64,000 nucleotides of DNA from Nitrospirota bacterium (GTDB lineage Bacteria > Nitrospirota > 9FT-COMBO-42-15 > HDB-SIOI813), in assembly GCA_020846775.1 (NCBI GenBank), contig JADLDG010000035.1, positions 31,569-95,568 of the forward strand. The letters are read 5' to 3'. The position numbers and the translations under genes were made by a program. Below, piece after piece: positions 51,354 to 60,365 of the stretch; positions within the stretch are counted from its first letter, which is position 1, and every line of letters begins with the position of its first letter. Under the pieces are notes generated by a model. It was given only the letters and a program-made list of their open reading frames with translations, was not told the origin of the DNA and ran no database searches.

Positions 51354-52988
51354 TCATTCCAATTGACCGGAATGCTCCCTGCACTCTTTAAATGACCTTA
51401 ATCCGCTTCCCCTGATGAGTTTTATTGTCTCTATTCTTTTAGGTGTCAGCCATGCATCCCTGACAGACATCTCTGTTATATTTGCTTCTGGCTTATCCCA
51501 GGCACCGGCTTCGCATGGGCAAAGCACCACGTCACCATCCGTTGTTATCGCCATCTCATTTTCTATGAAATAGCACAGATTGAAATTTGGCACCTCTTGT
51601 GAGACTTCAGCATCCATTTCCCCTCCTCTTATCCTGTATGCCGGGAACTGAACCTTATTAATGCCCAATTTTTCAAAATAATCTGTAAATTCCTTTCTAC
51701 TTTCAGACATGGTTAGAGGGAGTTGAATCTTTGTCACCCATACATCAGTTTTTGAGTTAAGTCGTTCTCTTATGGAGAGGAAGTTTTTAATATTAGTTAA
51801 AACTACATCAAGATCCAGACCCCGTCTTATCCTTTTGTATAAATCTTTATTCAATGTATCTATAGAAAATACGACAATATCAACATTTCCATCCAATAAC
51901 TGATTTGCCTTATACGTATCCAATAAATATCCAGGCGTCGCTATCCAGTTTTCAAATCCAAGTTTTTTTGCTCTCTTCATAAACCTGTATATCCTGTCGT
52001 CATACAATGGATCATTAATCCACTCCCAGTTTATTTTACACTTCCAGTCAACTTCATCAAAGATTTTATCAACCAGCCTCTCTGGCATCAATTTGTTTTT
52101 TCGTTTTTTTAAAACCATTTTCCTGGGACACATCAAACAACTCGAGGGACATCCAATAGCTGTTTCGAGAGAAAAATATGTGGGCAGCAAAATAGATTTA
52201 TCCAGAATATCCGCACAATCCTCCGAATTAGTACACTTATTGAAAGTATCTGCCTCGTCCTGAGTTAGTCTGATCTTTGAATTATCAGTTTTGATAAAAT
52301 ATCTGTCTTCAACTTGCCTGTCATCTTTCGTCTTATATGCAATGCTTACTTCATGGATACCATCTATCAGAACCAGCGTATTTATGTAAAACCTAAATCC
52401 GCTGCAGCTTGAGTTATTTATGTCGGGATAGATCAATGCGACATCATCCCTCTGCAACCCATATTCTGCCCGCAACAAGTGCCTGCCATCAACATATACT
52501 TCGATAGATCCAATGCCTGTAATGGATATCGCCCATCCTTCAAAGCGCTTGATACCCTGAAGAGGTTGGAGCAATTCCGGCAAATCAAGATGTCTGTGAA
52601 CATTCTCCTCAATTTCAAAATCCTTGTAAATTTTCTTGCATATTTCACGGAGATTAATTGTAGCCTCCGAATATGCAGGGGCCAAATCCAGCGCCTTTGT
52701 GAACTGAAATATTGCATCTATAGACTTTCCTTTAATAAATAAACACGCCCCGTAATTATTTCTTATCTCCGGATTATCCGGATACCTCTCTGTCAAATAC
52801 CCAAATATCCTTTCTGCCTCATCAAATAATCCTGATCCATATTTCCCCATGGCTTGTTCCATCAAGGTAAAATCCTCTGAATTGATATTAAGACCTGCCC
52901 TATGACTGTTGTCTAACATGAGTAAACGACTCCAAATGGTATCTTCTTGACTCCCGCCGCAGTTTAGACGCAGAGGAGTGACTGACAT
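51354..52988 (-). CDS. TPR - radical SAM / SPASM-like domain protein
   Basis: N-terminal TPR. CxxxCxxC motif (CPSSCLMC). C-terminal Cys-rich auxiliary-cluster-like segment (CYFIENEMAITTDGDVVLCPCEAG). Confidence 0.55.
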   Translation of the reverse strand: MSVTPLRLNCGGSQEDTIWSRLLMLDNSHRAGLNINSEDFTLMEQAMGKYGSGLFDEAERIFGYLTERYPDNPEIRNNYGACLFIKGKSIDAIFQFTKALDLAPAYSEATINLREICKKIYKDFEIEENVHRHLDLPELLQPLQGIKRFEGWAISITGIGSIEVYVDGRHLLRAEYGLQRDDVALIYPDINNSSCSGFRFYINTLVLIDGIHEVSIAYKTKDDRQVEDRYFIKTDNSKIRLTQDEADTFNKCTNSEDCADILDKSILLPTYFSLETAIGCPSSCLMCPRKMVLKKRKNKLMPERLVDKIFDEVDWKCKINWEWINDPLYDDRIYRFMKRAKKLGFENWIATPGYLLDTYKANQLLDGNVDIVVFSIDTLNKDLYKRIRRGLDLDVVLTNIKNFLSIRERLNSKTDVWVTKIQLPLTMSESRKEFTDYFEKLGINKVQFPAYRIRGGEMDAEVSQEVPNFNLCYFIENEMAITTDGDVVLCPCEAGAWDKPEANITEMSVRDAWLTPKRIETIKLIRGSGLRSFKECREHSGQLE

Positions 52989-53065
52989 GGTAATAAAGCA
53001 AATACCTTGCCATGTATTATAAGAGGTAATATAAGTAGAATTAAAAGGATAAGTCTGGAAATAAA

Positions 53066-53461
53066 TCAGATGCTTATGCTTATAGTGGAGCCATTCTGAT
53101 TACATTTATTATGACGGGAAAATAATTTAAAGTTCTCAAGAACACTTATCTGGTCCAATAAAGAAGCCATTTCTAACTGAAGTGTATTCTTCATCTCATT
53201 GTTACGGGTCAGAATTTTCTCGATGTTTATAACCATCTCCCTTGAACCATTATTACGGTGATTATGGGCCTCCTCATTCAATGGGAGTAACTGTGTATTC
53301 ATTACTTCTCTGTCAATATTTTGGATGTCATCAATAATTCTCTGACGTTTTTCGAGTATTTCTAACGCCTCATCAAACCTTTCATCCCGAAGTGCATTTA
53401 ACTGATCCTCTGCCAGTCCAAGCAGTTTTTTGTACAGACTTAAGACTCTTTCACTACTCAT
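53066..53461 (-). CDS. putative flagellar export chaperone FliT-like protein
   Basis: 131-aa helical protein immediately after fliS (4-nt overlap), in the fliD-fliS-fliT position of Bacillus-type operons. No diagnostic motif. Confidence 0.3.
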   Translation of the reverse strand: MSSERVLSLYKKLLGLAEDQLNALRDERFDEALEILEKRQRIIDDIQNIDREVMNTQLLPLNEEAHNHRNNGSREMVINIEKILTRNNEMKNTLQLEMASLLDQISVLENFKLFSRHNKCNQNGSTISISI

Positions 53462-53874
53462 ACCCTCAACTCCATCCCTGCAGAAACTGCCTCTTTTGGA
53501 ATATTAACAATGTTATTCTTGCCAATATCTTTCCATGCAGATCGTAATACCTCGAGGACCTTAACAGCATCGTCAAGCGCTTTTTCGTCGTTCTTCATAT
53601 TGGCTGTTATTAATCTGTCTAAGACAAAATCATAGAGCCTGCTCAGATTTTTAGCGATCTCCCCGCCTGCCTCCATGTTGATCGAGCTTAATAGCTCCCC
53701 AACCACTGAGGAAGCCTTTCCTATATAAAGCCCCTTACCTGCGATGTCACCAAGCTCTATTCTCTTCCTTGCAACCTTGATAAAATTGATGGCCCCATCA
53801 TACATCAGGGAAATGACTTTTACACTATCGGAAGTATTCACTTCTGCCTTCCTGTAATCTGACACTTGTTGCAT
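53458..53874 (-). CDS. fliS: flagellin-specific chaperone FliS
   Basis: VISLMYDGAINFIKVA pattern. 138 aa. Position after fliD. Confidence 0.8.
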   Translation of the reverse strand: MQQVSDYRKAEVNTSDSVKVISLMYDGAINFIKVARKRIELGDIAGKGLYIGKASSVVGELLSSINMEAGGEIAKNLSRLYDFVLDRLITANMKNDEKALDDAVKVLEVLRSAWKDIGKNNIVNIPKEAVSAGMELRV

Positions 53875-53895
53875 GTTATATACCTCCCGATTATT

Positions 53896-55293
53896 TTACT
53901 GTGAATTCCATTTTGTAATCTGATTATTCAGAAATGTCCCCTGAGAAGTCAGTCCATTTAGCAGTGATTCCAATGCCGAAAATCGTCTCCGCAGATCATC
54001 TTCTACTTTCACCAATCTTGTTTCAAGAGAAGTTATATTACTTGCAATATTATTGACAACAGATTGAAGACCGCTTTTCCTTATGGTCAGAGCTCCGTCG
54101 GTTGATTTTGTGATAGTGTCAGCGTAACTCCATATCTGATTGGCTATGCCGGTAGTGGCAGTTGCAAATAGTTTGGACACATCGTCAATCCTAGCTGAAA
54201 GCTTGTCGCTCAATGTCGTGCTGTTAATCGTTAGTGTCCCATCCTTTGAGTTAGTAGTTATGCCTATCCCTGCGAGTGAATCTACATCAGATGAAGCAGC
54301 TGAAACCGTGCCTATTACCATTGCCTTCATGCTTCTAACCACATCCCTTGCCGTCGCATCACCGAGTAAGGGACCTCCAGTCTTGGTAGTGCTGTCCCAT
54401 GAAGACTTCGAAGCGGCATAATTTATAGCATTGTTATATGCCGTTACAAAGTCCTCGATCTTTTTCTTTATCGAGTCTGTATCATTTGTAACCGCAACAG
54501 TAGCAGAGCTTGTAGATTCCTTTTTAAGGGTAAGGGTTAAACCTGATATTACACCTGATACGTTATTTGAACTGCTTGTAATGTCAATGCCGTTAATCCT
54601 GAGTTTGGCATCCTGGGCGGTCTGATTAGTGGTAAAGGCGCTGCCGGTTAAATCTACTGTACTGCCTGTGCCATCCAGGGTTGTTCCGGAATCGATACTG
54701 ATAGTCTTTGTGCTGCCGCTATCATTACCGGTTAGCGCCAGCTTGTAAACAGAACCATCATATATTATTGTAGCATTAACCCCGGGATTACCAGAGTCGC
54801 TATTGATAAGGTCCCTAAGTCCCTCAAGAGTAGTTCCGTCTGCGACGGTGATGGAACTCTGGGAGCCTGCATAGGTATATTGAAATATTTTATCAGAGCC
54901 GCTGCTGTTAACGCTTGTATTGATGGCAGCAGTCCCAGCAGTATGCGATTTCTGCTCTGACTGGGCGAGCTGTATCTTACCTGCGGTGGAATGAGATGCT
55001 ATCGTATAGCTCCCGGCAGGTGCAGAGTTCGTAGCCGATGCATCAAGGATAGTGCTATCACTGACTGATGCCTTTTTTGCAAAAAAGTTGGATGTTGTCC
55101 TCAATTCATCAGCAGCAGTCTTTAATGACAAGATCTTTGATTGAAAGTCACTATAAGCCGTTATTTTATCGTTGTAGGCCGTCTGTTTGCTTTGAAGCAG
55201 GGTCACCGGACGACGCTCCAACTCCATCAGCTTGGTTATTATATCATTTGCGTTAATGCCGGAACTAAGACCGGAAACAGAAAAAGTAGACAT
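53896..55293 (-). CDS. fliD: flagellar filament capping protein FliD
   Basis: N-terminus SGLSSGINANDIITKLMELERRP is a typical FliD sequence, with a C-terminal coiled coil. 465 aa. Confidence 0.85.
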   Translation of the reverse strand: MSTFSVSGLSSGINANDIITKLMELERRPVTLLQSKQTAYNDKITAYSDFQSKILSLKTAADELRTTSNFFAKKASVSDSTILDASATNSAPAGSYTIASHSTAGKIQLAQSEQKSHTAGTAAINTSVNSSGSDKIFQYTYAGSQSSITVADGTTLEGLRDLINSDSGNPGVNATIIYDGSVYKLALTGNDSGSTKTISIDSGTTLDGTGSTVDLTGSAFTTNQTAQDAKLRINGIDITSSSNNVSGVISGLTLTLKKESTSSATVAVTNDTDSIKKKIEDFVTAYNNAINYAASKSSWDSTTKTGGPLLGDATARDVVRSMKAMVIGTVSAASSDVDSLAGIGITTNSKDGTLTINSTTLSDKLSARIDDVSKLFATATTGIANQIWSYADTITKSTDGALTIRKSGLQSVVNNIASNITSLETRLVKVEDDLRRRFSALESLLNGLTSQGTFLNNQITKWNSQ

Positions 55294-55323
55294 CCATTAC
55301 ACCCCTTCATCCTGAAAAACAAT

Positions 55324-55698
55324 CTAGGCAAATACATCTAACATATGCCATTTATGTCCCTTGATCTTCTTGGAAAGCTCAATAAGCTCCTCCGAAGGTA
55401 TCTGTCTGATGACGTCCCCGCTCTCTTTATCTACAACCTTGACTATCACGGCATCCAACTCATTATCAATCTCAAATCTAATTTCCTTGTTGAAAGAGTT
55501 TTCAAGATTGGTAATGGCATCTGACAGCTGTTCCTTTCTGTTCTTTTTGACTTCTACATCTTTCGACGGAGGCTTCCCTGAGTTCTGTTTAACCGCATCT
55601 CCACGATTGTTTTCTGTTCTTAACGGGACAGTAGTGTCATGTATTCCCACCACTGCTACATTCATGCTGCTATTATCGCTCATCATAGCTGACTCCAT
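55324..55698 (-). CDS. flaG: flagellar protein FlaG
   Basis: C-terminal FlaG pattern (VVKVVDKESGDVIRQIPSEELIEL). Start proposed at MESAMMSDN (55698) because the longer ORF would run through an apparent terminator hairpin. Confidence 0.6.
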   Translation of the reverse strand: MESAMMSDNSSMNVAVVGIHDTTVPLRTENNRGDAVKQNSGKPPSKDVEVKKNRKEQLSDAITNLENSFNKEIRFEIDNELDAVIVKVVDKESGDVIRQIPSEELIELSKKIKGHKWHMLDVFA

Positions 55699-55704
55699 GT
55701 AAAT

Positions 55705-55736
55705 ATGGGGACGGCACTGTTGGCAGGCCGCCCCCA
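55705..55736 (-). terminator. putative rho-independent terminator downstream of flagellin gene
   Basis: Minus-strand ggggcggcctgccaacagtgccgtcccc forms an imperfect GC stem followed by atattt. It is conspicuously GC-rich and lies about 30-60 nt after the fliC stop. Confidence 0.4.
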
Positions 55737-55763
55737 TATCCTTATTAATTTCAGATTAACACC

Positions 55764-56618
55764 CTACTTCAAGAGCTGAAGCGCAATCTGTGGAAGCGTA
55801 TTAGCCTGGGCTAAGACTGCCGTTGAGGCCTGCATCAATATCTGATTCTTGGTAAATACAGCTGTCTCGTAGGCAAAATCAGCATCTCTGATACGTGACT
55901 CTGCAGCCGTGAAATTCTCAGAAGCTACACTCAAATTGGAGATGGTTATCTCAAGTCTATTCTGAGAAGCACCAATATCACCTCTCTTACCAGCAACGTT
56001 TGAGATTGCACTGTCAATCATGGACAGCGCAGCTGCTGCACTTGCGACGACAGAGATAGTCGTAGCAGCGCCTGTAAGTCCAAGGGCGCTCTGGGCGTGC
56101 AGTGATGCCGCCCCGCTGAGTCCCGAAAGAACATTGACTGTATTGCCGGATCCATTCTGGAATCCAACCTGCAATGATATGCCTGTTCCGCTGAGTGAAC
56201 CATCCAGCAGTTTCGTGCCGTTAAATTCGGTAACATCGGCGATCCTGTTTATCTCAGCAGTCAGGGACTGATATTCCTGATCCAGTTTTGCCCTTTCAGT
56301 ATCGCCAAGGCTTCCATTGGCAGACTGTTGTGCGAGCTCCCTCATCCTTATCAGGATGTTGCTTACCTCTCCCATAGCGCCTTCTGCCACCTGAGTAAGA
56401 CTCATCCCATCCTGAGAGTTTCTAATGGCCTGGCCGATGCTGCGGACGTGGGCCCTTAACTTCTCAGATATTGCCAGACCTGCGGCATCATCCTTTGCTG
56501 TATTAATCCTCAATCCTGAAGACAGTCTCTGTATGGATTGGGTCAAAGCTTCGTTGTTCTTAGAAAGTGTTTTTTGAGCCGTCAGAGATGCGAAGTTGGT
56601 GTTGATTACTAATGACAT
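55764..56618 (-). CDS. fliC: flagellin (short form, D0/D1 only)
   Basis: N-terminus INTNFASLTAQKTLSKNNEALTQSIQRLSSGLRINTAKDDAAGLAISEKL. Conserved C-terminus. 284 aa. Strong SD AAGGAGGA. Confidence 0.9.
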   Translation of the reverse strand: MSLVINTNFASLTAQKTLSKNNEALTQSIQRLSSGLRINTAKDDAAGLAISEKLRAHVRSIGQAIRNSQDGMSLTQVAEGAMGEVSNILIRMRELAQQSANGSLGDTERAKLDQEYQSLTAEINRIADVTEFNGTKLLDGSLSGTGISLQVGFQNGSGNTVNVLSGLSGAASLHAQSALGLTGAATTISVVASAAAALSMIDSAISNVAGKRGDIGASQNRLEITISNLSVASENFTAAESRIRDADFAYETAVFTKNQILMQASTAVLAQANTLPQIALQLLK

Positions 56619-56623
56619 GTTAT

Positions 56624-56686
56624 AATCCTCCTTGTTATTTATTGATACCGGCAGCCATGCCGGTATTGGGCATCCTTGCCCATGTT
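56624..56686 (-). promoter_or_regulatory. flagellin 5' leader with putative CsrA binding sites (GGA-loop hairpin plus SD-overlapping site)
   Basis: Minus-strand hairpin tgggca-AGGA-tgccca (56667-56682). Adjacent 9-bp-stem hairpin (56645-56666). SD caAGGAGGA (56627-56632). This matches the known two-site CsrA binding architecture of hag leaders. Confidence 0.45.
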
Positions 56687-56753
56687 AGTCACTCTTTTTT
56701 TCACCTCCTTTTTCTCTTATTATTTATATTTGTTAAATTATCCATTGGATTCA

Positions 56754-56780
56754 TTTTCGGAATCTTCTCAGTAAACTTAA
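56754..56780 (-). promoter_or_regulatory. putative sigma-28 (FliA/SigD) promoter of flagellin gene
   Basis: Minus-strand TTAAGTTT-N11-TCCGAAAA versus the consensus TAAAGTTT-N11-GCCGATAA (7/8 and 6/8). Confidence 0.4.
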
Positions 56781-56917
56781 GAAACCATCTTTTATCCCAT
56801 ACTCACTATCAAAATAGGCCTTACAGGGATCCAAAGAGACATAGATAGACAAAATAATCACCTGTAAACTCCTTAATCAACGACGTGATATTATGAGAGT
56901 ATAATAAGCACTTTCTT

Positions 56918-57370
56918 CTATGGATTGGAGACAGGAATATCTTGTAATAATGGATAGCGAAGTGGATATTTATCATCTAAGAGGACAAACTGTTTTGCCT
57001 CTCCCGTCTTCAGATTTACAATAAGCGGTCCCTGGAGATTTGCTGTCATCATCTCTGGCATCTCATGGGGTATAGTTACAATTACAAATATGCAGCAGTC
57101 GGCGAGGCCGTTCATATTAAGTTCCCGCAAGACGTGCTCATCTATTTCACTATTATAATCAGGACATAAGAGCAACGGATCTATTACCACAAATACCAGA
57201 TCAGGTTCATTAACAGCCTGAAGCCATTTGAATGGTATATCAGGGTTATTCATATTGTCTAATAAAACGTAGTGTTTTACATCAGCAAAGCCAAGCAGAC
57301 CACTGTGAAATATGATAACCTTGTCTTCGTCTATCTCAATTTCGCCAAATCTGGATGTATAGAGTTTCAT
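56918..57370 (-). CDS. fliW: flagellar assembly factor FliW
   Basis: 150 aa. N-terminus FGEIEIDEDKVIIFHSGLLGF typical of FliW. Adjacent to csrA and flagellin. Confidence 0.85.
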   Translation of the reverse strand: MKLYTSRFGEIEIDEDKVIIFHSGLLGFADVKHYVLLDNMNNPDIPFKWLQAVNEPDLVFVVIDPLLLCPDYNSEIDEHVLRELNMNGLADCCIFVIVTIPHEMPEMMTANLQGPLIVNLKTGEAKQFVLLDDKYPLRYPLLQDIPVSNP

Positions 57371-57428
57371 TGGCCCCCTCTCTCACCATACACCCTCACT
57401 CTCAGGTGAAAGGGTTAGAAGTGAGAAG

Positions 57429-57674
57429 TTATTCATGTCCTTTTTTATCCTCTGTCCAAAGTTTGAAGAGTCTTTGCAGATTCTCAGCAGTTAAAGATGC
57501 TGCCTTTATGTTTTCTGCTTTAATCTTTTCATAAACCTCGTCGCGATGAACCTGTGTATCCTTTGGGGCCTCAATCCCAATCCTGACCTGATTCCCATGA
57601 ATCTCCAGGATTACAACCCTTATATCTTCTCCAATTCTTATCCCTTCATCTGACTTCCTTGTCAGAATTAACAT
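57429..57674 (-). CDS. csrA: carbon storage regulator CsrA (FliW-partnered type with C-terminal extension)
   Basis: [20 protein letters not shown] ... [19 protein letters not shown]. Start set at MLILTRK. Confidence 0.85.
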   Translation of the reverse strand: MLILTRKSDEGIRIGEDIRVVILEIHGNQVRIGIEAPKDTQVHRDEVYEKIKAENIKAASLTAENLQRLFKLWTEDKKGHE

Positions 57675-57765
57675 CGCAGCCCTCCGTGGCATTAGGTTTA
57701 TGCTGTATCCATCTCCCCGATTAATCAGTTCGGCAATGACATAAAAGCATCGGTATCATATCATA

Positions 57766-58659
57766 TTACCTCATAAAATCTAAAATAGATTGCTGAAGCA
57801 CCTTGGCTGCTGTTGCCCTGGATACTTCAAGCATGGATTGCTGTAAGGCAAGTTGAGATATAATATTAGTAATATCTGCATCTTCAGTATCACTTTTGTA
57901 TTTTGCCAGATCATTCAGTAATTTGTCAAAATGACTTTTTGCAATATCAAGCCTGTTTAATCTTGCGCCAATATATGATCGTGCATCATTCACCTGATCC
58001 ATACCTGCATCTATTTTAGTCATTGCTCCCTGAATCGCTGCACTATCGTTACTTTCCATGGCTGACTTCAGATCGGCCAGCGATGCAAGTATGTCTGTAC
58101 CATCTGCAGAGGAACCAAATACAGCATAACCGGGCATATTCATTGACATGGTGTTCCCGGCATCTATCTCCACATCCATATATCCATCAGGAGAAGCTGT
58201 ACCTGTATAACTGCCGGTATTATCATAAGGCGCAACATCCGTCCTGAAACCAGCAAAGATGTATCTGTTATCATACTTCGAATTTGCAATCTGCTTTACC
58301 TGTTCATATAACTGCTCAACCTCCTTAGCCATAGTCATCTTGTCAGACGCACTATTAGTCCCGTTGAGGGCTGATACTGCAAGTTCTCTTGCCCGTTGAA
58401 GGACATCCAGTGTAGATGACGCAGCAGTTTCCGTTGCATTCAAAAAGGCAGTACCATTATTAATGTTCCGCTGGTATTGATCTGCTTTCGATATTGCCGA
58501 ATTATAATTGATTATCCTGGCTGCTCCTGCAGGGTCATCGGAGGGTCTGGTTATCTTTTTACCGGACGAGGCGCTGTTTTGGAGCTCCATCAGCTTATCT
58601 AAATTCCGCTGCATGTTCCCCATAACAGTATTAAACATTAAATTATTTGAAACGCGCAT
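57766..58659 (-). CDS. flgL: flagellar hook-associated protein 3 FlgL
   Basis: Flagellin-like N-terminus (MRVSNNLMFNTVMGNMQRN ... LSSGKKITRPSDDPAGAA). 297 aa. Position after flgK. Confidence 0.8.
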   Translation of the reverse strand: MRVSNNLMFNTVMGNMQRNLDKLMELQNSASSGKKITRPSDDPAGAARIINYNSAISKADQYQRNINNGTAFLNATETAASSTLDVLQRARELAVSALNGTNSASDKMTMAKEVEQLYEQVKQIANSKYDNRYIFAGFRTDVAPYDNTGSYTGTASPDGYMDVEIDAGNTMSMNMPGYAVFGSSADGTDILASLADLKSAMESNDSAAIQGAMTKIDAGMDQVNDARSYIGARLNRLDIAKSHFDKLLNDLAKYKSDTEDADITNIISQLALQQSMLEVSRATAAKVLQQSILDFMR

Positions 58660-58680
58660 CTCTATTTCCCTTAATTAACC

Positions 58681-60363
58681 CTATCTCACTATATCCAGCA
58701 GGGTCTGCATCAACTCATCACCTATTCTCAGAAGTCTTGCAGATGCCTCATACGCATGCTGATACTTCATTAGGTTTGTCATCTCTTCATCAATTGATAC
58801 CCCTGAGACAGACTCCCTCATATTAGTCAACTGCTCTGAAGAGAACTCCTGTGCCGCATACTGATTGTTAATAGATTGAGATTTGACGCCAATAGTACTC
58901 ACTATCGAACTGTAATAACTGCTGAAGCTGGAGTTCCCGTCTATCGTCAAGGCATCCTGAAGATTTACGAGCGCAAGTGAATTCCTGTTATCACCCCTGT
59001 TGTCGTTTGCAGAAGTAGCTGCTGCTATTTTAGCAGTATCATTCATACCTAAAGCTACTTTAATATCCTTTGCCGTATTTTTGTGTGCGCTTATATCAAA
59101 TTTGTCCCCAGCGGAAAAACTTCCTGATAACGTCACAGCAAGCCCTTCAAAAGTAAAGCTTGCAGGATCAGAATAAGCTGCGGTGATTGAGGTATTAGTA
59201 CTTTTATTAATTAGTGTATAGTTTCCGCCTGAAAATGTGAGTCCATAATTATTAAATTTCAAGGCGGCTGGATCATCTATCGTGATATTCAAATTCCCTG
59301 TACCAGTATTTGTGCTCAATGCCTTTATGGACCCAACATCCTGAGACAGCACATCTCCCGCTTCAAATGCGGGAGAAAATAAATTCGTCCCTGTGGAACC
59401 ATCAAGTCCGTACCCTTCCCTGTGGACCTGATTTATCTGGGTTGCAATTGAGGAAGCAACTCTGTCCAGTTCATCCATGGCATTCTTTGTCTCTGTGTCT
59501 CTTATAGTAAGAAATCCCTTAAGCCTGCCATTGGAAATGCTGTCTGTCAGATTAAGTATATTGTTGTTATCCGGAGAAAATACAACATCATAGTAGCCAT
59601 TGTTGTCAGGATTACTTTTAATATCCAGTGCCCATGAATTTCCCTTTTCAACCAGAGTGGCCATCCCTCCGCCAATAACGGTGATCTGTCCTGAGTTATC
59701 CTCAAAATATTGAACATCTATTTTCTCAGCAAGATCATTAAGTAGTCTTCCGCGCATGTCCCTGAAATCATTTGCATTCTGACCGCTGACCTCAGCCCTG
59801 TTTATTTCAACATTAAGTGACGATATCTGCTTTGAAATATTGTTAATATCGTTGACAGCCTGTCTGACCTGCGAATTCGTATCCTTCTGCAACTGTTCCA
59901 GACTTGTGTAGACGCTATTTATTGTATCTGAAAGTGCATCAGCACTGGATAAGACTGAGCTCCTTTCTGCCGTGCCTGCAGGATTTGCTGATAAATCATG
60001 CATGGAATTAAAAAACTGGGTCAACATTTCATTAATACCGGTTCCCGAAGAGTCGTAAAACAGGTCCTCAATCTTAGAAATAGCGTTTTTTTGAACATCC
60101 AGATTTCCAAGGGTCTCACGGTTGTCTGTAAGTTGTCCTTCTAAGAAGCTATCGTATTTTCTTTGTATATTAACCGCATTTACCCCAGTCCCTGACTGCC
60201 CCGGCTGACTATTAAGAGGCATACCCTCTTCTAATATTACTTCCTGCCTTGAAAATCCCTTTGTGTTTACATTGGCAAGATTATGTGCAGTCACCTGGAT
60301 GGCCTTCTGCTGTGCCATCATCCCGTGTTTACCTATATTAAAAATGTCATAAATACTGCTCAT
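58681..60363 (-). CDS. flgK: flagellar hook-associated protein 1 FlgK
   Basis: N-terminus LNIGKHGMMAQQKAIQVTAHNLANVNTKGFSRQ typical of FlgK. 560 aa. Confidence 0.85.
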   Translation of the reverse strand: MSSIYDIFNIGKHGMMAQQKAIQVTAHNLANVNTKGFSRQEVILEEGMPLNSQPGQSGTGVNAVNIQRKYDSFLEGQLTDNRETLGNLDVQKNAISKIEDLFYDSSGTGINEMLTQFFNSMHDLSANPAGTAERSSVLSSADALSDTINSVYTSLEQLQKDTNSQVRQAVNDINNISKQISSLNVEINRAEVSGQNANDFRDMRGRLLNDLAEKIDVQYFEDNSGQITVIGGGMATLVEKGNSWALDIKSNPDNNGYYDVVFSPDNNNILNLTDSISNGRLKGFLTIRDTETKNAMDELDRVASSIATQINQVHREGYGLDGSTGTNLFSPAFEAGDVLSQDVGSIKALSTNTGTGNLNITIDDPAALKFNNYGLTFSGGNYTLINKSTNTSITAAYSDPASFTFEGLAVTLSGSFSAGDKFDISAHKNTAKDIKVALGMNDTAKIAAATSANDNRGDNRNSLALVNLQDALTIDGNSSFSSYYSSIVSTIGVKSQSINNQYAAQEFSSEQLTNMRESVSGVSIDEEMTNLMKYQHAYEASARLLRIGDELMQTLLDIVR

Positions 60364-60365
60364 AT

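Noticed and set aside
56645-56690. Possible 14-codon uORF (MGKDAQYRHGCRYQ*) in the flagellin leader, preceded by an AGGAGG
   Set aside because: The SD-like sequence is about 20 nt from the ATG, which is too far. The same sequence is better explained as the two hairpins with a GGA loop that serve as CsrA binding sites.
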